64,000 bases of DNA, from assembly GCA_030141605.1 (NCBI GenBank), contig JAQGDQ010000198.1:62001-126000 (forward strand). The letters are read 5' to 3'. The position numbers and the translations under genes were made by a program. The notes beneath the pieces are model-generated. The model was not told the DNA's origin. It saw only the letters and a program-made list of their open reading frames with translations, and did no database searches. Positions 47,201 to 62,200 of the stretch are shown in pieces (the first letter of the stretch is position 1; the number at the start of each line of letters is the position of its first letter). The DNA is from Tubiluchus corallicola. Lineage: Eukaryota > Animalia > Priapulida.

Positions 47201-50200
47201 AACAAAAATGCAAAACAAACCCAAATGAAGGTCAGTCTTGCAAAACGTTCATTACAAAAGGTAAATTAATTGCAAACAACACATTAAAACAACTGTATTA
47301 CATAAAGCAGCTTATTTATTTCAGAAGCAAGCTATTTGATTCAAACAAAAATGACGTATATGCAAGACAGTACATTTTTTCACAAATGTAAGAACTATGT
47401 TCTACAAAAAAATATCAGCAAACATTAAAATAACACAGAATTACATTTCGTTACATACCAATAAAAAATAAACAATTACAAACATCAAATCTAAGGCGTC
47501 GTTAAATAAAATAACCATTAAGCGAAACTAGTGTTAATTAATAGTGACCTCAGTTGAATGTGTAACATTGACAGAAACTAACTAATGCACTCAAACCAGA
47601 ATTATTGCACACTTGTACCGTTAGCAAATGTATTACTACAGCTCCTCCAGCATATATTTTACTTCATTATCATTATGCTCGTTATTTTTTTAAAGAAAGA
47701 AAACCAAATGCAACTAACATAAGTTCCAGCAAAACTGCAGTCAAAATTAAACATATACATGTTATTTCATATTTACATGTTAACAATTTAAGTTTTGTTC
47801 CATTATGGTGAGGTAGCAAAAATGTTTTCCCACTTCGTTGGTTATGTATGAGTTATATGCTACATTCAAATTCTATTATGGTCTTTAACCACGCAAGCCT
47901 TACAGTACTGGTAGCTTAACAATTAACAACAAAATACAGCCTTTTAAATTTAAAACAAAAACAAAATTAATAAAGTTTATTTATTTCTTGAATACCATGC
48001 AAATTTTGGATTAACTTTAGCTTTATGAGGATTGCTGTCTGTTCTGTAATGTACTGCATTGGTAGACTTCACTGGACAAATTAAATCTTCAAAATGCTTT
48101 ACATATCTCATGGAGTAGTTGACATAATCCTGGCATGAAGGCTGTGTGAACAAGCTTTTAACCGTATCAAGCAAATCGGATATAATCCTAAAAACGAAAG
48201 TTCAATTAAATTTCATGTAATTTCATAGTGTACATTTTAAACTGTTGATATACTAATAATTAGACAGTGCTATAATGCTAACAGAAGAAAAAAAAATACT
48301 ATGCCAAACTTACTTGCAGTCATCTACAGACAAAGGCTTGCCATGTGTTAACCAATTGATCTGCAATAGTTTTGCAGCCTGTTTTTGCATTGTCATGGTG
48401 AATTTCTCAATATTACGTGAATTTGGTCCCTCATCACCAAATGTTGATGTCATACAGGCCATTGTATTTTGAACTGCAAAAAGCATATTCATAAGTTTTT
48501 TTTTATGAAACCAATATCGATAAAATGTAGCAATGCTTACAACATTTTTTAGAAAAAAACGGCTTCAGTCAAATATTTTCTAGTCTCAGCTAATAAAAAA
48601 GTTGAAAATGACAAGGCATGATTGGAAAAATAGTCAAAAGACTGTTAATACTGTATTTACCATGATGGAATGAACACACTGGCTGACATTATTCAAAAAC
48701 CAAAATTATATATAAAATGAAACATACGTTATTGCAACATGCATGTGAGCTACTGCTACATCACCTACTTGTTTCTGTTGAAACTATGACAATAAATAGA
48801 GAGTTTAAAAGCAATTTGCTGACAAAAAACTTTATTTTTAATATACTTTTGCACAAAAAAGCATCTTAACATCTGAAGTACTCACACTTTTCATCACTCA
48901 AGAGGTAAGCAGGATCACTCAAACATTGATCTTTTGCAGTCACGAATAAAGCTGATGTGTAGAATTTTAAATCAGCAACAGTAATTTCTTTAATAATGTG
49001 ATTCAGCTCATCTGGAAGGTATTCCAAGCCCAGGCTTGACTTCATTTCTTCTGGAACAGCTTTAAGCATGTCTTCAACAAATTTGTCATCATCTTTGCAT
49101 TTGGCAACCTTTAACAAACCGTCCAAACAACCCGGAAATGGTTCAATTATGCCTCTGCAAAACAATTAACGCATTTATAAAAAATTATTTAAAACTCGGT
49201 GAAACATGTAAAAAATTAGGAAATTTTATGAAAGGTGCCTTATATTAGTAGATTAATCAAATGTTCAGTAACAGCCTCAACAAACTACAGACTAAACAAC
49301 AGTCAGGAATGAAATAAAAATGCCTTAACAAAAATCATACAGGATGCACACAATCCAGAATCTGTCTGAAGCAACATGTTTGAGAAAGATTTTTGCTCAC
49401 CTACGGGTTTGATGAATGCTGTTCCACCATCTTTCTTACAAGCAGATTTTTATTGAACGTGATTAATTTTTTGTCTTCTCAGACAAACTGTTCAAGTTCA
49501 GATTTGCGGGCTCGGAACAAAAATCTGTCTCAGACAACTCTAGATCAGACCAATAAAAAACGGTCATTTTCGTCACGTGTCATCTAATAATTGTTTATTG
49601 AGGTTATCCACGCTTCGGTTTGTTTCATATAAAAGTTACCGCTTACCGTTCCTGTTGCAGAAAGTTTTTAATATCACGTGCCATTAGCATAAGAGTTCTC
49701 TTGTCATGCAAAAAACACAGTGAAAAAACTGCACTCACCTGCACACGGTGTGAACTTGGTTTAACATTGCATTTCGCATATCAGACATATCAGTAATCTC
49801 AGCAGCTGACATTTGCTCAGTCATCATCTGCTGTACAGAAGCATAAATGCTCAGACATTGTGGAGGAATATTCTCCATTTGGTCAAGTGGCCCAAAATCA
49901 CAAGCATAACTTCCAATAACCAGAGCTGAAATAAACACGGTTATTAATATATGTCAACCCATTGAAAATACTGAATTTGGTTGGCCAGGTATAGGGGTTA
50001 GACTCCTGAGTGCCTTGATCATTGACAATGAGGTGGCCTAGTGGTCTATGGCACATGACTTGTAAGTAGAAGGTCCCTAGTTTAAATCCAGACTATATTC
50101 CAACTTTTTCACATACCTTGTCTTTCATGTCTAGTACTAAAATTTAATTAATTGAGGATTTATATCATTACATAATCAAAAACAATTTAAATGCCATGAC

Positions 50201-53200
50201 TTTAGAAGCAATATTCCAATTAAGCTTGAATTTTTAATGTGAGACTAAAAACAATTTGTTTTGTATTTTTAATACTTTAATACAGCAACCAAATTACAAT
50301 TTTTTGTTTTATGCAAATTTGAAATTTTGCACTGCCAACACTTTACTGACTATAGCAAATATACAAAAAAAAATAAACACAGTTATTTGAATGAAAATGG
50401 CAAACTGATTATTTTCTGACTGCATTTTGATAATTAGATTTATGTGTTATCTTTGCACATTACAAAAATAAATAACTATGCCAACTTCGAAACAGACTCA
50501 ATAGTAAAACATTTGAAATTATCTTTCAGCAAGGCCACATGTAATATAACCAATAATCCATCCTTACAATCAAAGCTCTTTCACCAATTTATCACTACAC
50601 TGCTAAAATAACTTGAGCTACAGGTTTAGCTTTAAAAGCTAAAAAACCAAACACACAGGACTATATAATGAGTGGTTGAGTGGGAAAAGGCGTAACCCTC
50701 AAATTTTCAAAAAATCTTTTTTCTACAGAGCCCTATAAGCATCACAATGCATAGTTTAGCAAGATTTTTGCTTTTTGTGAGAAAAAAAATGCCATAATCA
50801 TTATGTAGTTTTATAATAAATTCTATTTCAGTGCCAGTTCTAAATCATGACGTAAGCAACTGCATCATTCTGGCTGCCTGAGGCGCAAATGCCGTATTGC
50901 TAAATAAAGGCAAGTGGTGAAATGCAAGTAATCTTCTTTAGCTTTAATTCACATAATATAAAGTTCTTAATACTGTGATCGCTAAAAACTATCACCAAAA
51001 ACCTAAAAAACATGAGAAATGTATTGGAACTGTGAAGGAACTCCAAAAATTGATGAGCAGCTTTCACTTTTGTACAAAATGTTTTAGACATTTAGAGACT
51101 AAAATCAAGAAATTTCCTACTTTGCGTTTAAATTTCCTAAACTTTTGTTTCTGAAAAAGGCTTCATAAAACGTCCAAAATACATGAAATGCATTGTGTTG
51201 TTTTGTAGCCCGAGACTATCCTAGCTGGCCCTTTACACTAAACAATACAAAGGAACCCAATCCAATTTCTGACTAAACCAGGTTGCAAATAGTTTAAACG
51301 TAAACTTATCACCTTACACAGATAATATCAAGCTTCTGGAGATATAGCAAACCAATTTTAAATAATCGGCTCACATTCGTAACCAAAAGCCATTTAAATC
51401 ATTTTCCACATAATTGAGGCTAAATGAATTGGTAAAATCTTGATCTTGAATGTGCGGCATTTTTCCAAAAGCCCAAAGGTTAAAAGTACAAACTATTAGC
51501 GAAGCGATACTAGATAGTCCACATCAAAACTTTTCGTTTGATTTGCATAAAGTCAAATTTCATCGTGTAAACAATAACGACGATAGGCTAGAAAGCCACG
51601 CGCTTTTGCAGGGCTAGTTATGCATAACACAGCTTTGTGCCATTATCTAGCAAGATTACTAGTAAAACCATAGTGTCCTGCCATAGTTATTATCAGTGAT
51701 GGTAATTTCAAATAACATCATCATTTTGCGTAAGTATGAAGTATGAGAATGTCTGCAAATGAACATGTTTATTACGCCCAAACGATCGTTTCGACTTAGC
51801 AGCCATCTTCAATGCTATAAATCAAGCTAAAAAGAAATAATAAGTACATTTGACACTGTACTAATTTGACAAGGTACATAATATATCATTACAAAATGAA
51901 ATACTAGAATTCAAATTTTCAGAATAAACATTGATATAATTAAAAAAAATTCAAAAGAATGTAAAAAACGATCGTTTGTGCTTAATAAACAGAATCAACA
52001 ACACTTAATTGTAGATTCCTAAAGGCTGGTTCTTTCATGTATTCATCTGAAAATTTTTAACAGAGCTACAAAATAATGGGACTGTCTCAGAACAAATATA
52101 ATGTGGGTTACGCCGTCCTTCCACTAAAACAGAATTAATAAATGTCTTACCTGTTAGGAAAACTGCTAACGTAGTTTTCGCCATTGTGAATACCGCTATG
52201 ATACTGTTACAACGTCTCAGTACAAATCACAAATACGAATGTTTACATTACTTGACCTAGCATTGCGCTTATATATCTCCGATCGGCAATCGCTTCTGTC
52301 CACGTTGTTATCCAATGGCTGGCAGAGGAAGCGACACGCTAAGCGCTTTTCTGAGAACTCTGATAAAAGCTAAAAATAGGTGTTTACCTCACTGTGCGAA
52401 TATCGTTAATGTGAATACATGCAAAAGCATTTTCTATTACAGTAGGCTAAGTACGGCTGACCAGGGTTCTACAACATTGTAAAAAAATCCATCTTACTAT
52501 GTCACATTTTTATTGTACAGTATCAGAATTGTGAATACAACAACAGGTCTACAGTTATGAAACGAGCCTGATAAAAATCTCTAACTGTGTATACTGCACA
52601 AGTGTACAAAATAATAGCTTATACAGGAGCCTTAGCACACGTCTAAACCTTCTTCATGGTCACAGATCTTTTTCAACGTATATCTAAGTACATTAATATT
52701 TCTTATAAATTATAACTGTTGACTGTATAGAGTATTACGGAGACAACTGAAGTCACGTCCCGATGAATTAATTATGATTATATTGTATGATATATCACTC
52801 GTTGTTATGATAATTATTTTGTGGGTCTTGAATCCTAGGCATTACATGTATCTGTAGAGTACTTTTTCAGAACTTCAGCATGGCAACAGTTGCGTGAGCC
52901 TGCGTGCGTGACGTGTTTATTTTACTAAAATTTGTCAGAATTATTATTATTTATAAAGATAACGTTAGTGAGTTTTCCAAGGGTGCTCCCGTTTGTAAGT
53001 ACTGCCCAGCCAACGCACAGTCGCGGTTTTTTTTTAGAAATATTTTAACCCAGATCTCAATCGTATTGGCTGTGTGCCATTTAAAGTTACTCAACATAAG
53101 TGATTAGAAGTCACTCATTACTATTGCATCACGTCATCTAATCAAATAAAAATAATGCAACGATAAAAAACTGGGTGATTACGCTCCTGGACGGAAATTT

Positions 53201-56200
53201 AAAGTGAGCTGAAAGGAAATCCGCAAAAATGATACGTGTAAGTCAAATGAAAGAAATGGCTCTACCATCTTTTTCTTGTGACCTGAAATCAGAGCGCGCT
53301 TTTGCAATTCCTAGAAGTAAACGAAACTACAACACTTGTTTACGAAAACACTTTAACAGCTACTTTCTTAAAGATAGCATGTCATGTCCTTGAGCAATAA
53401 CGACATTTTAGGAGAAATAACCCCAGTGCGTTCATTCACGGGAACGACAATATTATGAAATAAAATGTGCATGAGGACTGAGGAATAATCATAAATATTC
53501 AAATGTTCGATTAAAGTTTACTTGATCTAGCCAGTACGATGGGTTTATTGTCACTTTCTGACTCGAAACCAATGAATTTTAATGTTAGGCAAACATAACG
53601 ACAAAATTGTGAATTCAAAATAAAAATAAACGTTAAGCACCACAGTTCCTGTCAAATTCCCAGGAAGTTCAACGACTTTAAGTTTAGTCACCATTTCCTT
53701 CGAGAAACTCTGTCAAGCTGATAAAAACAGGAAAGCGTTTACATTTTCTAGTTAATTCAAATAATCAGTAAAATCACAAAGTAAACAATTAACTAATCAA
53801 ACAATCAAATTAGCAAGCTTAAACGTGCAGTACAATTTTAAACTGTGATAAGGCTGAATTAAAAAACGTAACGGTTTCACGCTTAAAAAGCTCACTGATG
53901 ATGATCATGCAAGTCAATAATTAATGCAATTTTCGTACCGAACTTGAAAGAAAGAAGTTGTAAAAAAACTTTAAATACAGCATTGATTTGAACTAGGAAA
54001 TTTCTACTTACAAGTCCGAAATACAGTGGCTTAGTCATCCAAGGCTGACAAAATTAGAAAACCTTGTAAACACAAGGTACATGGGTTTAAATCTAGACTG
54101 TATTCAAACTTTTTCGCATACCAAATTATGATATGCGAAAAACTTTTGCATCTTCCAAGTTATGTATCAAAATTTCATTAATTGTGGGTTTGTACTATCA
54201 TTAATTATAACAATTAATTAATTACCTACGGAAATTTCAGGTTCAAAATTAATCATAATAAAAATTAATCTAATTACTTAAGATCATTCTGTGAATTTTG
54301 TGAACTTTGGACTGTTTGGACCATGAGGTCTGCACCATTATTAACAAAAATATTGATATTAAAACTATAACAATTAAAAACTGACTGTACAGCCGAAGTA
54401 GGAGTATAGTAAAAGAAAAGAACATTATAATGCCATAGTACTGGAACTGAGTTTATAAGCCCGCTTCTAATTTTTTTTCAACATCAAACACTGACAGGTA
54501 GTATTTATCGCATCCTTGGAGAGAGTTATTCAAACGCGGTTCCTAGAACTGACAGCGAGGAATGTGATGACCAGCTGTGCTGGTTCTGCTCTGTCCTTAA
54601 ATAGATAAGTTAATTTATGCCAATTGCTGATATGTAATGCTCATTCGTTTACATAACGAACGTCACAAAACCGGTCTTGAACTAAATTCGATATCTAATT
54701 ATTTTGACCAGCCAAATGATTAATGCAGTTTAATAATAATTTCAGGAAGCCATATAGGTTCCATTGTGTCATCTACATGTATATTTAATCCATTGATAAT
54801 GACAAGGAAAAGAAATCGCCAAAAACTATGGTTCCTTTAAAATTAGTGAACAAAACTGAATATTTATCTTATAGACTAAAGCAAGTTGACTATTCAATAG
54901 TAATAAGTAGCATGAAAAAAGATTTTCTTTTAATAAAAATGGCACACCAAAAACATAACTGCTGTCACAAATTTTTCTTAACGGTTTTCCTTTAATATAA
55001 AAAAACTTACTACAGCAGAATTTTAAAACAAATAGACCACGTGAAAAACACCATATGTGAAGTCAGCTATGAAAAGATGGGCCTTTTGTGCCATGCCAAA
55101 CAAAATTTTTAACAAAAAAATCATCACCTGCTTTGCTTTTACTGGTTGGTTCAAAACTAATTAATAATTTATTATTGAATTAATCATGATAAGCGAAGGG
55201 AAAAACAATCTCATCAAATACTTTACAATCTTTGATAGTATAATTATAATTTTGACAAAATACATGTTGTTTTGACAAATAAATAAAACAGTTATGTTCT
55301 ACAGGCGTCAAGAACAGAGCATTCTCAAGGCAACAATTTGTCAAATGTTGTTTGCCAAAGGATTTCCTGGCAAATTCCGTCTAATAGTGACTTAGAAAAA
55401 AGAACAGTATACATGTCACAAGTAACAATGACATTTGCTATGCTTAATTTTGGTCCAGTAATTTCAAATTAGTACTTAATTTAGGTAAGCACGCACTACC
55501 TATACTTGCTGTATCACTAATCTCACTGTGCTGGTTTTCTGAATTTACACTGATTATCTCCATGTTTAGCCTCAGGGCAGGAGTGAATTTTTACAGCAAA
55601 CCTAACAACACGGAATAAGCTCAAACAACTGAATAACCAGAGTGGTAGCATATATACAAAATGGTTGTTTTGATGCTGCTGATGCACCAGTCAGTACAAA
55701 TGCAGTGATCAGAACAGTATCAATAGCTATTTTTGTAATTAGAATGATAAACAAACAAACCAACAATCAGCAAACATAATCTCCTTGGTAGACATATTTA
55801 TACAGAAATAAGAAATCAAGACAAAAAATTCTTGTGCTGAACCAATGACACTCGCAACCCCCTTGCCGATGTAAGATAATAATTAGACTAAAAACCTCAT
55901 CTACTTACAGTACAACTTCGCCCTCATCTGTTGTTTTATGTACATATATAATATATATATATATGTACATGTATATTAATTTGAATTTAGACGTGCGTAA
56001 GACAGTGAAGGGGACTAAATTAGAAAAAAACTAATTTTGAAAAATCAGAGGTATTTTAAAAATAAAAATATTTTAATACTATATTGTACCGAACTGTACA
56101 CGTGTTGCATTTTTGTATGATATCTAATTTTAAGTGATAGTTTGTATATAAAGTGTACTATAAATATGAGATAAGTGATCAACAAAGAGAAGAAAGTTAA

Positions 56201-59200
56201 TCGGAGACAGTATAGTGCATATCACTTGGGCCTTTATTGCAAAATCTCAAGCTTGGAATAGACTAATCATTACCCATTTAAATTCTAAAGAGTCTAAAAA
56301 GTGAAATACAGTGGTACGTGGAATCCTATTATTACAAGTTTTACAGTGGTCGTTCTTCAAAGTAATAAAGACATGCAACAAGTTTTGCGTTCTTAACCCA
56401 GTGCTAATGTGATTATGATTAGTACATTTTGTGCAGCCTATTCTAGTACACATAAAAACTATCGGTAAATGACTCAAATAACTTAGCATAATTGACTCAA
56501 TATTTTTCCTTCACCTACTTAAAATAAAATATTTGTATGTGCCAAAAGAGCCTTTCCTACTTTTATGTCATCAGAAACAATGTTAAGTACCGTTTTGTTT
56601 ATAAGCAGGTACGTTTATCATAAACTAACACGCTAGCGTGGCGGGTTCTGCTTTAAATCTGTTACCCGCTCGCCCACTATTACCCAAAGAATTTCTGGAA
56701 CCTAAACATTCAATTACTTGCCAAGCAGTTTCCTTTTGATGCTCTTGTTGCAAATCACACTTTCAGGCTTAATGAGTTAATAGTCAAAGATGCAGGTACA
56801 GTATAATCACCTGGTATTCCTTGTGACTTACAAGAGTAAACATCGTACAGCAAATAAAAGCAATGTAAGTGAGCAGACGATTCAGAACTGTTTTAGTCCC
56901 ACACAACAACAGATTTTTAACCTTTTTATAATTACGAGAACTTTGTGGGCCAACTTCTTCGCAAGAAAATGAAGCAGCCGACATTGAAGGAATTTTTGTA
57001 ATTTTTGCAAATAAACAGACTTGTGTGATTTCAAGAAGTATACTTTTTAATTTATTGCTAATTCACTTATATAAATCAATATTTTAAAATGTTTTTTAAC
57101 TGCACAAAGGAATTTAGGCATTACTTCGTTTCTAAAATTCATTAAAAACCTTTGCAGTGCAGTGTAAGCTGATGACTCATACTTTCTATGCTACACCCAT
57201 CGGTTAAACGGTTCAGTCGGTTAATTGGGTCAAAACACTTTAGTCCCAAACTGAGTCTATTAAGCGGCGCCTACTGTAATATGAAATAAAAAATACATGT
57301 AGTATTTTAGCAATTCTTTGAGCTCTTCTTTCTTTGATTTTTCACCTTAATATAATCCACAGTGGTGAGCTGAAACACTGTATTTTTCCTTTTTTCCTTA
57401 ATTCAGAGATTTTTATTTATTGAATCTGTTCTTGTCATTAAGAATCATTTCTGTGTTACTTACTTCAATTATGCAAAAATAATTTGATTTAACTTAGTCA
57501 TGAAAATAAAATTCTAAAGATTTTATTAATTCTCCAGTTATGTTACTAATTAGTACTAGATCAATTAAAATTAGGTGAGTTTTGTTATGCATAATTGTGG
57601 AGAAGACATAATAACAGTCACCGAGACACTATAAAATGATGATGTCCCAATATCAGGAACAGTGGATAGGAGTTCCACTTGTTCTTGATAAGCGCAAAAG
57701 GCAGGCCTACATATTGTTATCTACATAAGATGTAAATGCTAGTTATTGAAACAAAGTAGATTATGTGTTAATATTTTCGTATATCAATATGATATACAGA
57801 TTTTGGATTTACGCATAATGTCATATGACCAGCCAAGCAAAATAAACTTAATGTGAAGCTGTTTGTTACCGATTTGTGATAAAAACAGAGCAGCATAAAG
57901 AAGTTGACAAAGTAACAGAGTTTGTCTTACTACATGCTGTCAATTAGTCAATCACACTATTATATTTTGCTAACACAACACTAAAAAACAATCATAATAC
58001 GTGACGCTAAAAATGAAGCATACCATTAATCCAGTATAGGACTATTTAAAAAATTGCTATCATGACTCAAACAATTTCTGCATCAGCCAGAATAATAATG
58101 TGTGAAGCAAGAAAACAAAGATGCCAATTCAAGATAGTACTATACGACATATATGTACATCTACACACACATAACAAGCAAAACAAAACAAACGACAAAA
58201 ACTGTAAAGCTTTATGCCAGTTCTATAACGCTGAAAGTCTTGGATTTGTGTCCCAGTGGAGGTGCAAACTTTTTCGACTTTCAAATTTAGTACTGTTTTC
58301 ATGCTTACGTAGTTTTAATTTAATACATCTTCAGTTATGGCAGAACAATAAGTGATAAAAATATTGCACGGACTCAATATGTTTTGCTTCATCCCTTTGG
58401 TTTAGGTGAAAAATTTAGGTGAATTCAACAGACCACTTTTGTTTATCTATTAAATGAAAATACAAGAACTTACCTCAATCAGCATAGGCGTTTTGAAAGA
58501 TTCATAAGTGCAACATAAAAGTACAACAATCTGATCAATAAATTTCCTGTATGATTGGTCATAAAAATCAACATGCTTTTCCTCTTCAGATTCCAAAATT
58601 CCCTGTATAATTTTCAATTTGTCCTGCAAAAAAAGAATTATATACAAAAATTTTAAAAAATTATGATGAGGCCAGTTTAACGTATAAACACTGTCATCCA
58701 CTAAATGTACACTTATCATTTATCAAAGGTGCTTTACCAGACCAGACTTTTATATTGATATTCCGGGAAAAAAATATTCAGTGCATGACTAGCAGTGACA
58801 CTGTATAAGACTTGCAAATTTTACTCCCGTACTGACAGTTAGGTGCAGTTAGTCATTGAGAAAGAAAGTGAAACAAGTTCAGATAACATTGTGTAAGGTA
58901 CACAAGATAATCAAGGCATCTGTAGTGCACACTTCACCAGCTTAGAAGCAAATGCATAAATTATCTTATCTTGTCAATAAGATGAATAATATGTCTTAGG
59001 CAAGTCAGTGGTGTACACTGGCATGGTGATATATTGTCGTTTTACCAATTGGCGCAAACATTTTAAATTATTAAGAATCTTCTTTTCTAGTTATGTAAGT
59101 CTCTCAAACAAGGTAAGCATAATACAAACTTATATAATCTTGTATGAAATGTTTTCGGGCAGTCTTTAAAATTGCCTTTTCTTCCCTTTTGAAAACAGAA

Positions 59201-62200
59201 ATCCAGAGTACTTTAACATTACTATACAGGCACCAGCTATGCTTCGAAATATTTTAAAATTTACAATAAGCAGATATGAAACTTTTACATACATCTTCTT
59301 CATCAAAGTCAATTTGATGACGTTGATAAACTTCTCTAGCTTTTTCAAAGTCCCCATCTTTGCAGCAAACAAGAACTGCCTGGAACAAATGAAGACATTA
59401 ATTTAACAATTTATTAGCCATGTAGAACAAAAATTTATAAATCAAATAAAGACCTTTAATTCAGTAGTAGGCCACACAGATAGCCTATATTAGATATCTT
59501 TCATATTTTAGATACCTTAGCAGAAAATCTATAAATTCCTAATTATCAGCAATAATTCTTTCAGGACCTGGCTGTCTTGAATAGTTAATTTGGTTCTAAA
59601 TCTATTTATGTCAGGTATAAAAAACTTAGTGAACTCATGCAAAAAACTCCTCACTCCTGATAATGATATGCAACATTTTTCCTCAAAAACCTAGAATAAT
59701 AAATTAAGGTAGCTACTACTGAAGCAAGAACTTGACCAGTTGTATTTTTTCTGGACAATTTTTAAATGCAGTCGGCATTTTTGGCAATTTAGTAGCTGTA
59801 ACTTAGTATTAGCTGACTACAGCCTATTTACATTTTATACAACACTACCTGAAATGGAAGTACTTACTTCTACAACTAACATCCTTCTTGTTTTTACCAC
59901 CATTTCTCTGTCAGCGGGTGGTCCTTTGTCAGGAGAAAACAGCAAATCAAACACGTCAATTATATGTGCCAAAGAGTCATGGTTTATTTCATCAGACAGA
60001 GCACACAGAATCTGCACCAGGAGAAGTAGATTCCGCCGTTCGCGAATATTATAATCAAAACTGTTACTGCTCTTCCATATACCTCAACAATGAAACATAT
60101 ATTTTAAGATGCATTTAATCGACACTATATAGCTACATAATATAATTGTTAATGATTGTCTTGCTTTAAAACAGGCTCGGCCCAGCTCATTTTCTCCACA
60201 GCTGCAAAACTTTATTTAAAGTGTGCATGAGTTCTCTGCAGTGAAAATTGATGAATTCGTACCAGTGTTGTTACCAAACCCACAATTTGGGTTTGGTTTA
60301 CCGATAATTTTCACTTTACTATCAGCTAAACAGTGCCATAAAAATTGCGTAAAACATACAGAAACAGCTAGTCACCAAACATTATTTTTAATTCTAAGCG
60401 AGACTATGAAATTTAAGTAACTGAAGCGAATTGTTTTGCAGACTTATTGACTTGCTTAGATAATCGTAGACAGTACTGAAAATCCTCAACCACCTAATGT
60501 ATTTAAACTTTGTTTACAGAGCTAGGATGTTACAAGTCAGTTACTGAGCAGCAACTTATTGTGATTGCACTACACCAGTATGTAATGATTGTAAGTTTTA
60601 AAATAATGTGGTATAGTTCTCAAACGGTGCAGTAAGTGCTGTATCATCAAGGGCAGCTTATACATTCACACAAAACACACTCAGCTGTCAGCAGACATTA
60701 TGAATTACAGCAGGAGCTTAGAAAAGCAACTTGCCAGCAGTTTTACACAGAAATTTTATGTGGACATTAGGTACGTAGAAATAACAAGGTTTACATACAC
60801 TTTTAATTACGCTCATATCTCGGTTTGCCGAACAAAAGTGGGGAGATGTTGGTCCGAATTTGCGGATTGTCCTTATTTTCCGATATGAAGCTAATACAGT
60901 AGGCGCCATGTATTAGACTCACGGTAATGTAGAAACAATTGCTTAATTGTCTCAAAAACATCTAATATGGGCTGCTCCTATGCAAAAGTATAAAAAACTG
61001 TCGCCAACTGACTCAAATAACTCCGCATAATTGACTCTATATTTTTATACATAGACATACACACATGATTATACTGATGTACGTGATGTAAACAAAGTTT
61101 TTGTCCAAATTTTCCGATATCCATAAAAGTGAGGTCCGGCAAACTGAGATTTGAGTGTAGCTAAATTTAATTTGAGCTGTTGGGCGAAAGCATTCAATTT
61201 TATTTACTCTTTCTAAGTGACCTTTAAAGTTTGTATGTTATACTGACTTTGCAATTTTAGCAAAAATACCTGGGCTTTCCCTTTCAATGTAATGAGACTA
61301 GCGACCTTGGCTTCACGCCATCTCCACAGTCTAGATGACCATATTTTAGTTTCAGGGTACGAAATGCTGATACACACATAACCACAAGCGCAGCGAAACA
61401 AATAGGCATATAATGCTGCACACAACGAGGCTTAGCCTAATGTGTTTTTGTCACCCAGATTTTTTCACACCGACTGTAGGTAATGGCACCCCCAAGGAGT
61501 TTAAATGATTTAACCTTGTTAGTACCTAGCAGAAAAATCTGTAACAAAATAACTAGATCATAGTTTTTATTACTACAGAAGTATTGTCAACCGTGCTGCT
61601 CAAAATGAAAATTACAGCTGTCTTATTATATGCCATAACAGAATAAGATATACCTAAAAATGAAGATTCAAATTTGATTCAGTTTCAAAAAATTTTTTAA
61701 GCTGAGATTTGGATTCGTAAATTATTATAAAATGAGATTCAATGTAGATTCGGATTCTGTAACTTCAAATTTGTGACATCTCTAGAAACAAATTATTAAT
61801 ATTTATAATTCACGAGCCAAATTCGATCAGTAGCCATTCAGGATTGCAGCTCCAAATACAAGCAAGACAGCTTAACAATCAGGATAACCTAATTTAAAAT
61901 GCTGTTCATGGTTAGATATGTAATGCAGCTTTAGCGGCATTACCACCAAAGTAATGAATAAGATGATTCTAGGACTAAACAGAGTAGCTGCCGATGTAAT
62001 GATTACTCGCTACTACAAAAAGTATTCTGATCACAGTAATACGTTACCTCCCAACACTTACAACCTTCATTTCTATCTTGTACAACAATATTACCATGGT
62101 AATTCGGCTACAACAAGATCCAGCATGAACAGATAAGAGTGTATTTGGATATTACTTCTATTTTTCTGAATACTCAAATGAACTTTTTGTGGTAATAGGC

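Noticed and set aside
50031-50100. tRNA gene
   Set aside because: A/B-box remnants only, no consistent cloverleaf, and the downstream body is shared with a second copy, indicating a SINE.
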